DNA of 64,000 bases, taken from Paecilomyces variotii (taxonomy: Eukaryota). This document shows positions 51,919 to 64,000 of this stretch, one piece after another. Each line of letters begins with the position of its first letter. The first letter of the stretch is position 1. A program made the position numbers and the translations under genes. The stretch lies in assembly GCA_004022145.1 (NCBI GenBank), contig RCNU01000009.1, one strand, 5' to 3'. The notes beneath the pieces were generated by a model. The model saw only the letters and a list, made by a program, of their open reading frames with translations. It ran no database searches and was not told the origin of the DNA.

Positions 51919-53660
51919 AAGGCCGAATCTTCCCTGGTCTGGTGGCGGTCTCAAATAGATCGGGCCTTCGCAGGTGATTGGGCGTTAATCTAATTCTCCT
52001 ATGATTCCTTTTCCCTGGAGTGGGTTGATCGATGTGCCTTTTGGGAACGGTCGGCAGTGGGGAGAGCTTCAGGCGGTTATTGCTGCGAGCATGCTTTGGC
52101 GGCGTCTGCGGGTGGATGAACGGGTGCACGGTCTATCAACAGGCACGATCACTGCGTGTCAAGGTGGGCTTCAGGAAGTTCGCCTAAGCTGCCCTGTTAA
52201 CTCCATATTGAAGCTTTCGGCCGTGGCCCGTCTTGCCCTCAGTAGGTAGTAGGTCCATAGAGTATTATTATTGTCCAGGATTGGTCCCATTTTATGAATT
52301 GTGAGAAAAAGCGCACATAGGAACCGGATAGGCTTATCTCCGTCTTGCCAAGTACATGTACTGTACGTTAACTATCATCACAGTCCTCTGTTGAACTCCC
52401 CTCTGGGCGATGTCCACCCCGTGAGAAATGACCGTTGTTCTTCGAATCGTCAAGTAATAATAATGAATGAATCCTCCGTTCCAGAGACTGTGTATCAGCC
52501 ACCCCTGTAAATTGTCCGGTCAAACCCTAGTGGTGGGAGAGCAGACTAAGAGAGAAACGGGTGAAGAACGGGCACAACGGCCATGAGGGGTCCATTTCGA
52601 TGATTTAAGTTATTATGGCCAGAGTCTTTTGATACTGGCCGGTCTGATATGCATCCGCTGGCTATAGACCCTGGAGCTATTGTTTGCTTTTTGTCCTGGC
52701 TCGATTCCTCTCTCGTGTCCGGTCCCGGGGATCCGTCGCCTGAAGTATCTCGCTGTGGAGGGGATTCACTAAGAATGATTAGCTTTCCTGTCAACCCACA
52801 TCGTCTCGTCTTGGGGGTGAACGGGAGCCGTGGGAAAAAGTGATCGGGGGCTGGACCTCACAAGTTGGCCAAAGTCAAAAAAAGGAGCACAAGCCACGCA
52901 GGAGACGGTCCTCTCACTGTTCAGTGCCCTGCATCCCGAGTGTCGGATCGAGACCTGGTCTGTTCGTTCGTCTTGTTCCTCTGCGCAGGCGGTGGCGGAC
53001 GAGAGATCACCCTTCTTGCTCGCGCGGGTCGGCACGTCGCCCGTACTGTAAAGTAGGAGTACGGAGTACGGAGTAACCAACTAACTAACGATCTCTCAAC
53101 ACACTGTTAGTTAGCTAGTTAGTAGGAAGAATAATCGCTCTTTTCCTCTCCGCTTCTGTGGCCTCTCCTCCCCCTCTCTCCCTCTCTCCAGGACCAGGAC
53201 CTTTTTTTGGCCTCTTCGATAGAGATCCCCTCCTATTATCCTCTCCGTGCCATCCGCGCTGGGTATCTCCGTCCTCTTCTTTTTTATCACAACTTGCTGG
53301 TCGAAACACCTTTCCTCCCTGGATGATCCTATCCTATCCCCTCCCGAACGACAGTCAGCGCGTCCGTCCAATCTGATCTTCCCCAGCCTTCATTCTCCGT
53401 CGAGGCTGTCGTCGTTGGTCTCACGTGCAGCTGCGGTGGACCTTTCGAGAGCTCTGGCAAGCCTTCTCATCTCCTCCGGTGGCGTTGGCAGGCTCCTTCT
53501 GCCTATTGAGCGTTGCGAATCGAATCGTCTTAAAGCATCTCAGGATTGCTCCCTCTCCGGTACTATTTCGGTCGTTCATCATCGTGTGTACGGCTGTTCC
53601 GCTGCATTGGCTGGCGCAAACGGCCCATAGAGGTCTCACTTTCATCTGCGTACTACTTCA

Positions 53661-53724
53661 GTACGTATGATCCGCTCCGTTGCCCTGCAGCTAGGTGGCC
53701 TCGTTTCTGACATGCCCGCAGCAG
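53661..53724 (+). other. Probable 5' UTR intron of rasB with tandem CAGCAG acceptor
   Basis: GTACGT donor at 53661, CTGAC branch at 53707, CAG at 53719-53721 and 53722-53724. Confidence 0.45.
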
Positions 53725-53874
53725 TTCCTGTCCTTGCAGCTTTTAGTCTAGCTACAGCTGTCCACTCGTGACCCTCGTGTCACGGACATCCCGTTGTCTT
53801 CTTACTCTGCTATATTTCAAACAAAAAAAGTTGTCGCTATTACACATCCTCACCGCGGGTGAGATTCCGCAGCC

Positions 53875-54672
53875 ATGTCGGGGAAGATGACATTGTACAA
53901 ACTGGTGGTGTTGGGCGATGGAGGTGTAGGAAAGACGGCTCTTACCATCCAGGTTCGTGTCTCTCTGGTCCCTCGACTCCTGTGGCAGGGTCAACTAACG
54001 GTGTGGCAGCTGTGTCTGAATCATTTCGTTGAGACCTACGATCCCACGATCGAGGACTCCTACCGAAAGCAAGTCGTGATCGACCAGCAGTCATGTATGC
54101 TGGAGGTGTTGGATACAGCGGGACAAGAAGAATATACCGCATTGCGTGACCAGTGGATCCGAGACGGTGAAGGCTTCGTGCTCGTCTACAGTATCACATC
54201 TCGATCATCCTTCTCTCGGATACAGAAGTTCTACAACCAGATACAACTCGTGAAAGAGTCTGCTAGTTCAGGCTCACCAACCGGTGCCAACTACCTGAGT
54301 TCCCCCATGAGCCCCCCGATGTCTGGATCGTCCGGTCCCGTTCCCGTGATGCTGGTCGGCAACAAGAGCGACAAGGCCATGGAACGTGCCGTCTCTTCGC
54401 AAGAAGGATCTGCTCTCGCGAAAGAACTGGGCTGCGACTTCGTCGAGGCCTCTGCAAAGAACTGCATCAATGTCGAGAAGGCATTTTACGACGTCGTTAG
54501 ATTGCTGCGACAACAGCGCATGCAACAACAGGGCGGCAAAGGACAAGATCGACGGGGTACTGGCTTCGGCGCTGGACAACGAGATCGTGACGGCGGCCCT
54601 GAATACCCCAAGTCCTTCCGCCCGGATCGGTCGAGGCCCCATCGCAGTGGCCTAAAATGTGCGATCTTGTAA
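53875..54672 (+). CDS. rasB: Ras-like small GTPase RasB/Ras2
   Basis: [33 protein letters not shown] motifs; RasB-type insert; CAAX CAIL; intron 53953-54009. Confidence 0.95.
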   Translation: MSGKMTLYKLVVLGDGGVGKTALTIQVRVSLVPRLLWQGQLTVWQLCLNHFVETYDPTIEDSYRKQVVIDQQSCMLEVLDTAGQEEYTALRDQWIRDGEGFVLVYSITSRSSFSRIQKFYNQIQLVKESASSGSPTGANYLSSPMSPPMSGSSGPVPVMLVGNKSDKAMERAVSSQEGSALAKELGCDFVEASAKNCINVEKAFYDVVRLLRQQRMQQQGGKGQDRRGTGFGAGQRDRDGGPEYPKSFRPDRSRPHRSGLKCAIL

Positions 54673-56474
54673 ACGTCGACCTCATTTTGCATCTGTGCTG
54701 ATCCTTTGTCCCGTCTCTCATGCAAGCGCGCTCTCTTTCTGGTGGACATTTTGACATTCTTGTTTAATTTACGAGGAGACGCGAGTCCTCTCCTTGGTCG
54801 CGCCGGCTACGTGCGATGAATTCAGTTCTTATTCATATTTCTGTGACCGTCGACGTTTCATTTGCGGTTGCTCGATGCTCGGTCATACAACCAACCAGCA
54901 AAGTCCTCACGGAGTGCGGGCCAAATCCCAAGAGACAGACGGTTGGAGTACGGAATGCTTGGTCCGGAATATGCATATGGGTTTGGAGACATTTTGATTT
55001 CTGTCTCGGCATCGGTGTTTTAGGCTCGGGAAATAAGTCCTTTGTGAAGAAGGACTGGGGAGCAGGGGGTCGCCTTGCTCTCCGTTCGAACCAGCGATTA
55101 TAGAAGTGCAGAGAATCAAGCAGGAGGGAATGCGGTGGGCAAGGAGTGAACCGGACGCTTGACTCGTCATAATGGAAGGGCGGAAGAGAGGAGAGAAGAA
55201 GAATACCGGAGAGGAAGTCTTGAGAAGGAGCGTTCCATACCCCGTTTCTTGCGCGAGGCGACTCTATGCCGAGATTATGAGAATCCCGTCTATACTAGTA
55301 AACATCACCTATTTCTGATACGATACCCTACGGCAGAGTTTCAAGGATAGTCAATGGACTTGGAATGATTTCTTTTTTTAGCTGTTCTCCTCCAATGGGT
55401 CTGTATCTGCATTCAGGCCTATCTCGATCTGTCTAGTTGTAGGGTTCTACTCTAGTAAGCAGTAAATCGATATCTGACAATGCTGAGAGGCTAGACTTCT
55501 ATCTAGAGGCCGATTGGCTCTGTCCCTGTTTCACTACTAGCACAGCTAAGACAAAGCTTATTATGTGTGGGGATGTCTGGATCTCCGTCTGATCGGAAGT
55601 GAGATTGTGGCATCAGGTCCCAACGTCCTTCATCCCTTTTCCAAGCAGTTGAGGCATCTGAGAACCTTCCGTGACCCGCTGGGGCCTCATACACTCATGA
55701 GCATATGGAGAGATGGCACACGAGCTAAGTTACAAGATATCTATTATTCCGAACCACAGATCAGATCCAGAGATTCCCCGGATAGTTTATCATGGCTGAT
55801 ATTAAGCGTTATTGGTCCGGTACATAAGTATAGTCTCGGCATCAGACTGCTCTCCTTCGCTTTCGGATGGAGTCCACCGCAATGTCCTCCTCCGCATAGA
55901 GGGCGATGTCTCTTATCTCTTTTCCAGAATCCGCCCGGTCGTCCGTACCAATTGCAATAGTCCACTGCATTCAACCGTTCTGGGGAAGTTGAGTTGCAGT
56001 CTAGGCACTTGAAGCATCCCGACATCCCCGATGAACTCGCGCGGGCTTGAAATGAACCTCGGCCCCATTCCCCAGTAAGTAACTAGTCTATGTGCTCCGG
56101 TGCGGGGAAGCTTCCCCAGGTTCCAGGGCGCGATATGCTTCCTCTCCCAAGTACTATGTATGGTACTCCTCGAATGCTCATGCCTCAGTCCAACGTCACT
56201 TGAAAGTTAGATGCGCCTTTTGGCTGTCCGCCCCTTTCTTCGCCATATGGTAGGCTGCTCCGATATGACTCGTCCTAGGCTAGACACGCTGCGCTTATGC
56301 TCGGGAGCCGCATTATTGTCTAGCTCTCTCTTCTCTCCTCGGTAAATGCAGCGAGGTGAACACGACGTTGATTGGAACGGACGCCAAAGGAGTACCTAGC
56401 AATAACCGAACCGCTGCGGCAACCCGGGTATAGGAGACAGCTTCCCTTAGATTCCGGCCAAGAATGATGATGAT

Positions 56475-58956
56475 ATGAGAAGGGGGCTGCGGCGTAGCGC
56501 TTCCTTTATCTTGGTCCAGCATCCCCTCCACGGGCTACTTCACCTTCCTTTCTCTACCTGGAGCTGGTATCGCACATACAACGCTTGTTTCCATACCAAA
56601 CAGCGCCCCCACCCGCCTGTTGGAACAGTGTACACTGGAGTTGCACACACTATGGCGCCACATCCGCAGGACGCCGTATTGGAACACTCCCTGCGTGATC
56701 CGGAGACGTTCTGGGCTCACCATGCGGAGCAGCTACATTGGCACAAAAGGCCGACTCGGACGCTCGCACGGACGACGAAGACCCTCCCCAGCGGCACAAG
56801 TCATCAGCACTGGTCTTGGTTTCCCGATGGCGAGATCTCGACGACATACAATTGCGTGGACCGACATGTGAAGAACGGCAACGGGGACAATGTCGCCATC
56901 ATATGGGAGTCTCCAGCGACCAAGTCCAAACAGACAATCACATATAGCCAGCTTCTAGAAGAAGTGGAGGTCCTGGCGGGTGTTCTGCGTGAGGAAGGTG
57001 TCCGTAAGGGAGATGTAGTCCTCATTTACAGTATGGTTCTTATCTTCTCTCCGTGTATACTTTATGTTTGCTCGGTTCCATGACATTGTAGTAACGGGAA
57101 ACATGTGAATAGTGCCGATGATACCCGCTGCCCTCATTGGGGCCCTGGCAATTGCGCGCCTGGGTGCGATCCATTCCGCTGTATTTGGTGGTTTCGCGGC
57201 AGCGTCGCTCGCGCAACGCATTGATGCTGCTAAGCCGCGAGCTATACTGACTGCGTCATGTGGAATTGAGGGTGCAAAGGGCCCGGTTGCGTACCGTCCG
57301 CTCGTGGAAGGAGCTATAGAGAAGAGTAGTCACAAGCCATTGAAAGTTATCATTTGGCAGCGAGAGGAACTGAGATGGGATCGGCCAGACAAGTTGGGTG
57401 GTGGTCAGAGGAACTGGCAACGGCTGGTTAAGAGCGCCAAGATGCGAGGTATCAGGGCTGGTCCGGTGCCTATCAAGAGTAACGAGGGTCTATATATCAT
57501 TTACACAAGCGGTATGTATCGTCGTATTCGTCCTGATGGTTAGCGATTGGTGATAGGCCTGACGTTGAGAGCCTAGGTACCACGGGTCTTCCGAAAGGCA
57601 TTCTCCGTGAGGCAGGAGGCCATGCTGTGGGATTGAACCTTTCCATCAAGTACCTATTCGATATCAACGGACCAGGAGACGTGATGTTCTGCACCTCTGA
57701 TATTGGATGGGTCGTCGGACATTCCTATATCCTGTATGGACCGCTGCTGGTAGGCGCAACTACAGTCCTCTTCGAAGGCAAACCGGTTGGTACCCCAGAT
57801 GCAGGGACATTCTGGCGCATCATAGAGCAGAACAAAGTGAATGTCTTGTCGACGGCTCCGACAGCTCTGCGGGCCATCCGCAAGGATGATCCTGACAATA
57901 AGTTCTTCGAGGAAGTCGGCAGACGAGGTGGCCTGAAGTCATTGAGAGGTCTCTTCCTCGCCGGCGAGAGGAGTGAACCCAGTATCGTTCGGGCGTTTCA
58001 AGACCTGTTGACCAAGCATGCAGCTCCCGATGCCATGGTGGTTGATAACTGGTGGTCATCAGAGTCAGGGTCTCCAATCACTGGTCTGGCTCAGCGAAGC
58101 ACTGCTGGTCTGCTTTCCCAGGGAGCTGCGGAACCCAATAGTAAGCCTTGTGGTGTCAAGCCCGGATCAGCAGGAAAGCCAATGCCTGGCTTCGATGTGC
58201 GTGCAGTCGATGACGAAGGGAACGAAGTGAAGAGAGGGACAATGGGCAACATTGTCCTCGCAATGCCTTTGGCCCCGACTGGCTTCACGACATTATTCAA
58301 TGACGACGAGCGATTCTACAAGGGTTATTTGAAGAGATTCAACGGCCGCTGGATAGACACAGGTGACGCAGGCATGATAGACGAGTCTGGCTACGTTCAT
58401 ATAATGTCCAGATCAGACGATATCATCAATGTTGCAGCACACCGTTTCAGTACTGGTAAGTAATTTCGGACATGGAGCATCTCCCCCTCCCCCTTTCCCC
58501 AAGCTAACATATACACCTACTTCAGGTGCTATCGAGCAAGCGATCCTTTCCCATCCTGAAGTCGGTGAAGCAAGCGTGGTCGGCATTCCCGACTCTCTCA
58601 AGGGACATCTCCCCTTCGCTTTCATCCAACCCCGTACGGGTACAGGTTCCCTGCCTGCTACTCCCTCCCCGCAGCTTTTCAAAGAGGTCAACACCTTGGT
58701 CCGAGATCAGATTGGCGCCATCGCCTCACTAGGCGGTATGATCCAGGGTCGCGGCATGATTCCCAAAACGCGGAGTGGAAAGACTCTCCGTCGCGTACTA
58801 CGCGAGTTGGTCGAGAATGCAGCAAAGGGAGATTATGATGCCGCAGTGACCTTCCCTCCGACTATAGAGGATCCGGAAGTTGTCAAGGTTGCGAAGGCAA
58901 GAGTTAAAGAGTATTTTGAAGCCAAGGAAAAGAAGCAAGATAATGCCAAGCTTTAG
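56475..58956 (+). CDS. pcsA: Propionyl-CoA synthetase (ACSS3/PrpE-like short-chain acyl-CoA ligase)
   Basis: SWFPDGEISTTYNCVDRHV, YIIYTSG|TTGLPKG AMP-binding loop, SDIGWVVGHSY, DTGDAG, PKTRSGK; three introns; in-frame ATGs at 56475 and 56652; ends AKL. Confidence 0.9.
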
Positions 58957-59236
58957 ATTAGAGAAAGGAGCATGAGATAGAATACAGGTCATTTCGTATC
59001 TCTTCAGCATGGTCGTAATTCCAGACGTGCTCGTTTAGTTTGACAGTCTGATTAAATCAGAATTGACTTTTAGTGGGACGGATAAGATAACCTTGATTGT
59101 ATGTACACATATATGTAATGGGACTCGACTATACGGCGTTTCTCGAATAGGACCCAATAACGTTATTTGGTCATCTATTTCCAAAGCTAGTACTTCCTAT
59201 GAATTGTACCGCTATTACAGAGGATCTTACCGTCCC

Positions 59237-60437
59237 TTATAACGGATGAATATCAGGATACGGTCCCGCCGGCACAACGACCTCGTCTGTGCCCGCGCGT
59301 CTGCCTATAGCCCTGAGATAGCCGAATTTATACTATGAAAGAAGGAAAAAATTAGCAAATCCATCACGAGAGCATCAGGATGGAAATCCAAGAAAGAAGA
59401 AAAAAAAAAACTCACCAGATCAAAATACGTCGTCTTCTTAAACACCCCACCCCTCGTCTCCTCGGACTCATCCCAATATAACCTGCGATACCACTCATGA
59501 ATCCTCGGATAATCATGCCTGATCATCTTCAAATTACACTTAAAAATCACATAATACGCCACATCGAACCTCGCAATAGTGGGATACAACCTGATATCCG
59601 CTTCCGTGATATGTTCTCCGAACAGAAACGGTTGATGACCCGGTTGTCCCAGATGAGCTTCGATCTTATCCAGCGCTTCAAAGAGCGGGTAGACGTTCGA
59701 ATCATACGCTTCTTGCGTCGTTGCAAAACCCGTCTTGTACACGCCATTATTAATCCGATGATACACCCATTCGTTCATCGCGTCGATTTCCCCCCGTAGA
59801 TGTTCGGGGTAGAAACCCCCTCCGGGATGGTTGAGTTCTTGATACTCGGAAGGGAGTAAATCGTCGAATTCGGTATAGAACATCCGAATTATCTCGCTGC
59901 TTTCGTTATTCACGATCGTTTCTTTCTTCTTGTCCCATAGCATGGGAACGGTGTAGCGACCGGAGTAATTAGGGTTGGCTTTCAAGTAGAGATCTTTCAG
60001 ATACTTGAATCCGTATAAGGGGTCTTTTTCATCTGTGCCATGACGGCCGGAGAAGAACCAGCCGTCGGGTCCGAGGTCGAAGTCGAGAATGGCGACTTGG
60101 ATGATGGATTCGAGGCCCTTGAGTGATCGGACGAGGTTGGCGCGATGAGCCCATGGACAGCCCCAGTTGATGTAGAGGACGTAGCGGTCCTTTTCCGGTG
60201 GGAATTCGGCGGAGGGGGAGCGAGAGATCCATGAGCGGAATGAGGAGTCTTTGCGGCGGAAGTGCCCGTCGGTGTCGGCGTGTTTGTAGACTTGGGCGTC
60301 CTGGTTGTCCCTTGGATTAGCTGGAATGGGATAGTTATTGGTTCGGGTGGTTTTTGGGTATTGGATGTGGATGTGTGTGTATTCCGTGAAGGATGGATTG
60401 GAATTGGAATTAGAATTATACTGACCTTTTCTGCCAT
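59237..60437 (-). CDS. Glutathionyl-hydroquinone reductase / Ecm4-type (omega/xi) glutathione transferase
   Basis: MAEK micro first exon; [19 protein letters not shown] active site, [37 protein letters not shown]; final exon ends PDIHPL*. Confidence 0.92.
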
Positions 60438-62045
60438 TTTTATCATAGATGAGATTATTTTTGAAGAATCCGCTTCATGTCTTTGTGGTTGTAGACCGGG
60501 CGCATGTAATATACTTATGCGGGGAAATCAGAGGATAACTAAGTCGAGCGCGATGATGCAATCAATTATCTACACCAGAACCCCGCAAACGGATATCAGC
60601 AATGCAATCTTTCAGAATAATTACTCATTTCAGCATCTAGCTGAGACATATATAAATATTACTACTGGTCAGTCTTGGGAATTAGATAGATGCTGCTGGC
60701 TACAAGAAGAAATAATAAGCAATCCCGAGTTGAATTCATAAGCTCGGCATCGGCGTCGGACATTGTCGGCCGTCGTTGATTGGTAAGATGGGGGAAGAAA
60801 CTTGAAGATAAACAGGTTGGATAAGATGAGGGGAAGCGGGTAGGTTCCGCGATGATGGTATTGGGGGTTAGTAAGCATGCGAGATAACTAGGTAGGTCAT
60901 TTGATTGATTGATGCGATTGGATTAGATGGATATAGAGTCTTTGTTATATATATAAGGGTGGCGTTAGTGCGGATACTATGAAATATGTATATGTTGAAA
61001 TTTGTCTCGATAGGATTAGAAAATACTAACGGCATATATTAAGCAAGATAGGATTAATCAGTTCGTTTACCGGAAACAAAGGCAGCTTCTTTGTCATTTC
61101 GTATGTACAGTATAAACAGAGTCGATGCAATGACCGAAGGCCGGCTCGAGACCAAGGTACTAAACCACAACCTTCACGTAACCCAATGCATGAAATGAAT
61201 ATCTAATCTATCCAGACTAATAATTTCTGTGAAATTATTCTCTCTTGTAGAACACACGCCTAGTCACACCTACCTGAACCGACAGCAGTCAAATGTACCG
61301 TGATGTCAAACAAGAAACATAGTCCTGGGTCCACAACCCTTTCTCAACAATATGTACCATATATCCCCATCAATCACACTCGATCAATGACATATACCCC
61401 TCATATGCAGAGTCCTTTTCTGCAAAAAAAGTGGCTGGAAAAGAAAAGCAACGAAAAGCGGGGCCACATGTCTTTCAAAAAAAAAAAAAAAAAAAAGCAT
61501 AAGGTCTAGACTTCTTCGAGATGTCCTCCTTGCAGAAAGTACTGATCGTCGGCGTTTTCCGTGGCGGGTAAGTATGTATATACTTAATAGTAGTTAGTAG
61601 CTGCAGATAGCTTTATCAGGAAACTTCACCACGCTTATGCATGAGCGCGTGAGGTGTTCGAAGGGTTCTTTGAAGAGAAGCTAATCCGAGACATGCAGGA
61701 AAGGTGCATTGTCCGGCCTGTTGGATCTGCAGAGTATTATACGTCAGGTCGCATGGCGACTTGATCATGGGATATGGTGTTATGTACGAGGGAGGCTTGA
61801 GTGGATACTTATGGGATGGCGCTGGGCTTGTATCTTATGGGGCCTGCGGAATGCAGCGCATACAACCTTAAAGCTAGAAACTAATTTACATGTGGTTAAT
61901 GTATCTGTAGTTCCTAGAGTATACTAGTTGGAGTTCGGTCGCAGAACGATATGATGTCAATTTCTATCAAATTCCCATCCGGGTTCATCGTGAGCGGTCG
62001 TAGAGTACATATATATCGTAGAGAAAAGCTGAACAGGAGAACAGG

Positions 62046-62882
62046 TCAGTCTGTTCGAGATTGGCCTTTCGCGCTGAGTTCTGCGAACCGTGATGCAACC
62101 TCCAAAAACCCGCCAGACCCCAGATCTACCCACATATCCACAGAGCCGTCTTTCTTTGTTTTGACAATCTGCTCTGTCGTGAAACCTTCTTCCTGTGGTC
62201 GCTCGACGTACACAGTCTGGAAGCCGCATCCTTTGGCGGCCTTCAAGTCGCTCAAATGCGCCGCCACAAGAGCGCATTCCTGGGGTTTCACGCCGAATCT
62301 GCGGGCCGCGCCATTGTAGACCACCGGCGACGGCTTGTAAGCGCCAAATTGCTCCGCGCTGACAATATCGGTGATGGGTATAGGGCTCTTTCGATGACAG
62401 AGATCTTCTAATAGGGCAACGTTGCCGTTTGAGAGAGTGCATGTCCGGAAGTTCTGGCTCAATTGCTCCAGACCTTGGACGCTGTCAGGCCACGGATCCA
62501 GCCGATGCCAGCAGAGTGACAGCTCCCGGATTTCATCGTCGGTAAACAATCCCTCAAGGCGCCATTTCTTCAGCAACTCTACCAGAGAGTCATAATGGTG
62601 TTGGTCTATAGAGACAAATGTGCCTGTCGAATGGAAATTCCGGGTGAATCGGTAGTAGCTTTTCCGCCACTCCTCCGCGAAAGCGTGCCAGTCGTCGTTC
62701 GTGAGCGCGGAGGCTGCCTCTCGTAATTCTTCAGAAAGGTTCTTGTTGGGATCGCTCAGTGCAGCGTTCGTCGCATCCATCAACGACCTGACGACCGGTG
62801 TGCGCCAGTTGTAGATGGTCCCGAACGTATCGAAGAAGATCACCTTCGGAAGGCTGAGCGGTCGCTGCGGTGATGGGGACAT
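62046..62882 (-). CDS. Haloacid dehalogenase type II (HAD superfamily)
   Basis: FFDTFGT motif I, LSNGN motif II, YKP motif III, VAAHLSDL motif IV; WHRLDPWPDS; ATG at 62882. Confidence 0.9.
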   Translation of the reverse strand: MSPSPQRPLSLPKVIFFDTFGTIYNWRTPVVRSLMDATNAALSDPNKNLSEELREAASALTNDDWHAFAEEWRKSYYRFTRNFHSTGTFVSIDQHHYDSLVELLKKWRLEGLFTDDEIRELSLCWHRLDPWPDSVQGLEQLSQNFRTCTLSNGNVALLEDLCHRKSPIPITDIVSAEQFGAYKPSPVVYNGAARRFGVKPQECALVAAHLSDLKAAKGCGFQTVYVERPQEEGFTTEQIVKTKKDGSVDMWVDLGSGGFLEVASRFAELSAKGQSRTD

Positions 62883-64000
62883 CGTGATATCCGACAGTAC
62901 TCTATCCAAAGGATAGCCGATCGCGATTGGTGCTGGCAGATAGCTCTAGAAGCGGCGGAGCTTAGTACAGCTCACGAACAGACACAACGATGGCCCCGGC
63001 GCGAGTGGAAAGCATCTGTCCCTTCTTTACTCAGGGGTGAAGCTTTTGAGAAAAGAGATAGATCATTTATTCTATTCCTCAAGTAGAAATGTCAGCGAGA
63101 AAACCAGAAAATTGCCGCTGGAGGACAGGCGCCGAGTCTAGGCCGTCGGCCTTGATTGAGGGACCCGAGGGGCAATGGAAATTAAATCCAGGCAAGCCCG
63201 TCGGTTTTTGTCGCGAAGGCGGGGGCCTGAGCCCAGCGTAATAATAATAATATTCTCTCTCTGGCTCTGCGATCGGGAAATATTTCCAAGGTTGCGAACA
63301 ACTGACCCCGCGACTCATGGGCCAGATCCACGATCTCCCAGGCGTCCGTCGGTGTTAGCACGTTCGAACGGGTGTTCCCCAGACGGGTCCGTGATCACGT
63401 CAAAGCTCAGTGACAGCGAATTGTTGGAATGGCGACTTTTGAGTGTTCCAGGGCAGCTAACTTGGTCAATGTGTGGAGATATTCTCAATCCAGAACTATT
63501 GTACCCGGTAGTCTGGCCTTCTTTGCCTTTGCCGTCCTCCGATCCATGGGACCACAGGAAAGAACAGTCGGGTCTAGATGAAGGAGATGGCGTATATAAT
63601 GGATATCGAGCGAGCATTTCCCGACAAGACTCCGCGGGGAAGGCGACAACCATCAGAAAAGATGCTCTGCACACTCTACACACGGCCATAAATGGTGTGC
63701 TTTGAATCATCGAATAGAGTGTGCTGACTGACGTCCTGTCTCCGGGGAAGAATGGAACGATCTTCGACCTCTACTGCAGATTGGGCGGCGATAATCGCAT
63801 CGCAGTCCATCCTTGTCCGGTTTGCAAGCGAGATGAGGTTTTGGTCTTCATGCGTCTCTGGTATATCCATGCCCATCCCGTAAGCACCTTTCAGGAACGA
63901 TTCGGGTGCCTGGGAAACGCATCTTGCCGATATTACTGATAGTCCCTTAGCAGCATGCGGATAGCAATAACTTAATAGCGATATATTAACCCGGGGTTCC

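Noticed and set aside
63079-64000. Overlapping ORFs at the window end, possibly a partial gene
   Set aside because: No consistent splice model or family motif; may be a degenerate or truncated gene continuing outside the window.
1-64000. CRISPR arrays, rRNA, telomeric repeats, intact transposons, secondary-metabolite cluster
   Set aside because: Eukaryotic DNA with no spaced direct repeats, TTAGGG arrays, transposase/RT motifs, TIR/LTR pairs or PKS/NRPS backbone seen; the dioxygenase, GST and HAD genes are not clustered with a backbone enzyme.

Overview
Gene-dense, intron-containing DNA from a filamentous ascomycete. Gene content and GT-AG/CTRAY introns point to Eurotiales (Aspergillus/Paecilomyces-like); the species cannot be determined from sequence alone. 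About 19 protein-coding genes are supportable. The left block holds an ADF-H/PH protein, pus4, an RFTS-domain (Raf2-like) protein, ebp2, a small HSBP1-family gene missed by the ORF track, tigA, mkt1, a 2OG-Fe(II) dioxygenase, samB, sfaD (G-beta), phnA (phosducin), yrb1, an uncharacterised membrane protein and a secreted unclassified glycoside hydrolase. The right block holds rasB, pcsA, an Ecm4-type glutathione transferase and a haloacid dehalogenase. Two TpA-rich, accessory-looking islands interrupt the housekeeping genes. The first (about 13.9-16.9 kb) carries an intronless caspase-like (clan CD His-Cys) protease gene broken by one in-frame TAG, next to a RIP-like relic. The second (about 32.9-36.7 kb) carries an intronless APH-type kinase and a decayed sequence resembling fungal NLR TPR repeats. 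Other leads are a candidate selective-autophagy receptor, a DE-motif glycosidase, probable mitochondrial/peroxisomal dual targeting of PcsA, and an over-represented intergenic TACGGAGTA motif. No rRNA, tRNA, CRISPR or intact transposon was seen. All calls come from manual translation and motif recognition, not database searches.
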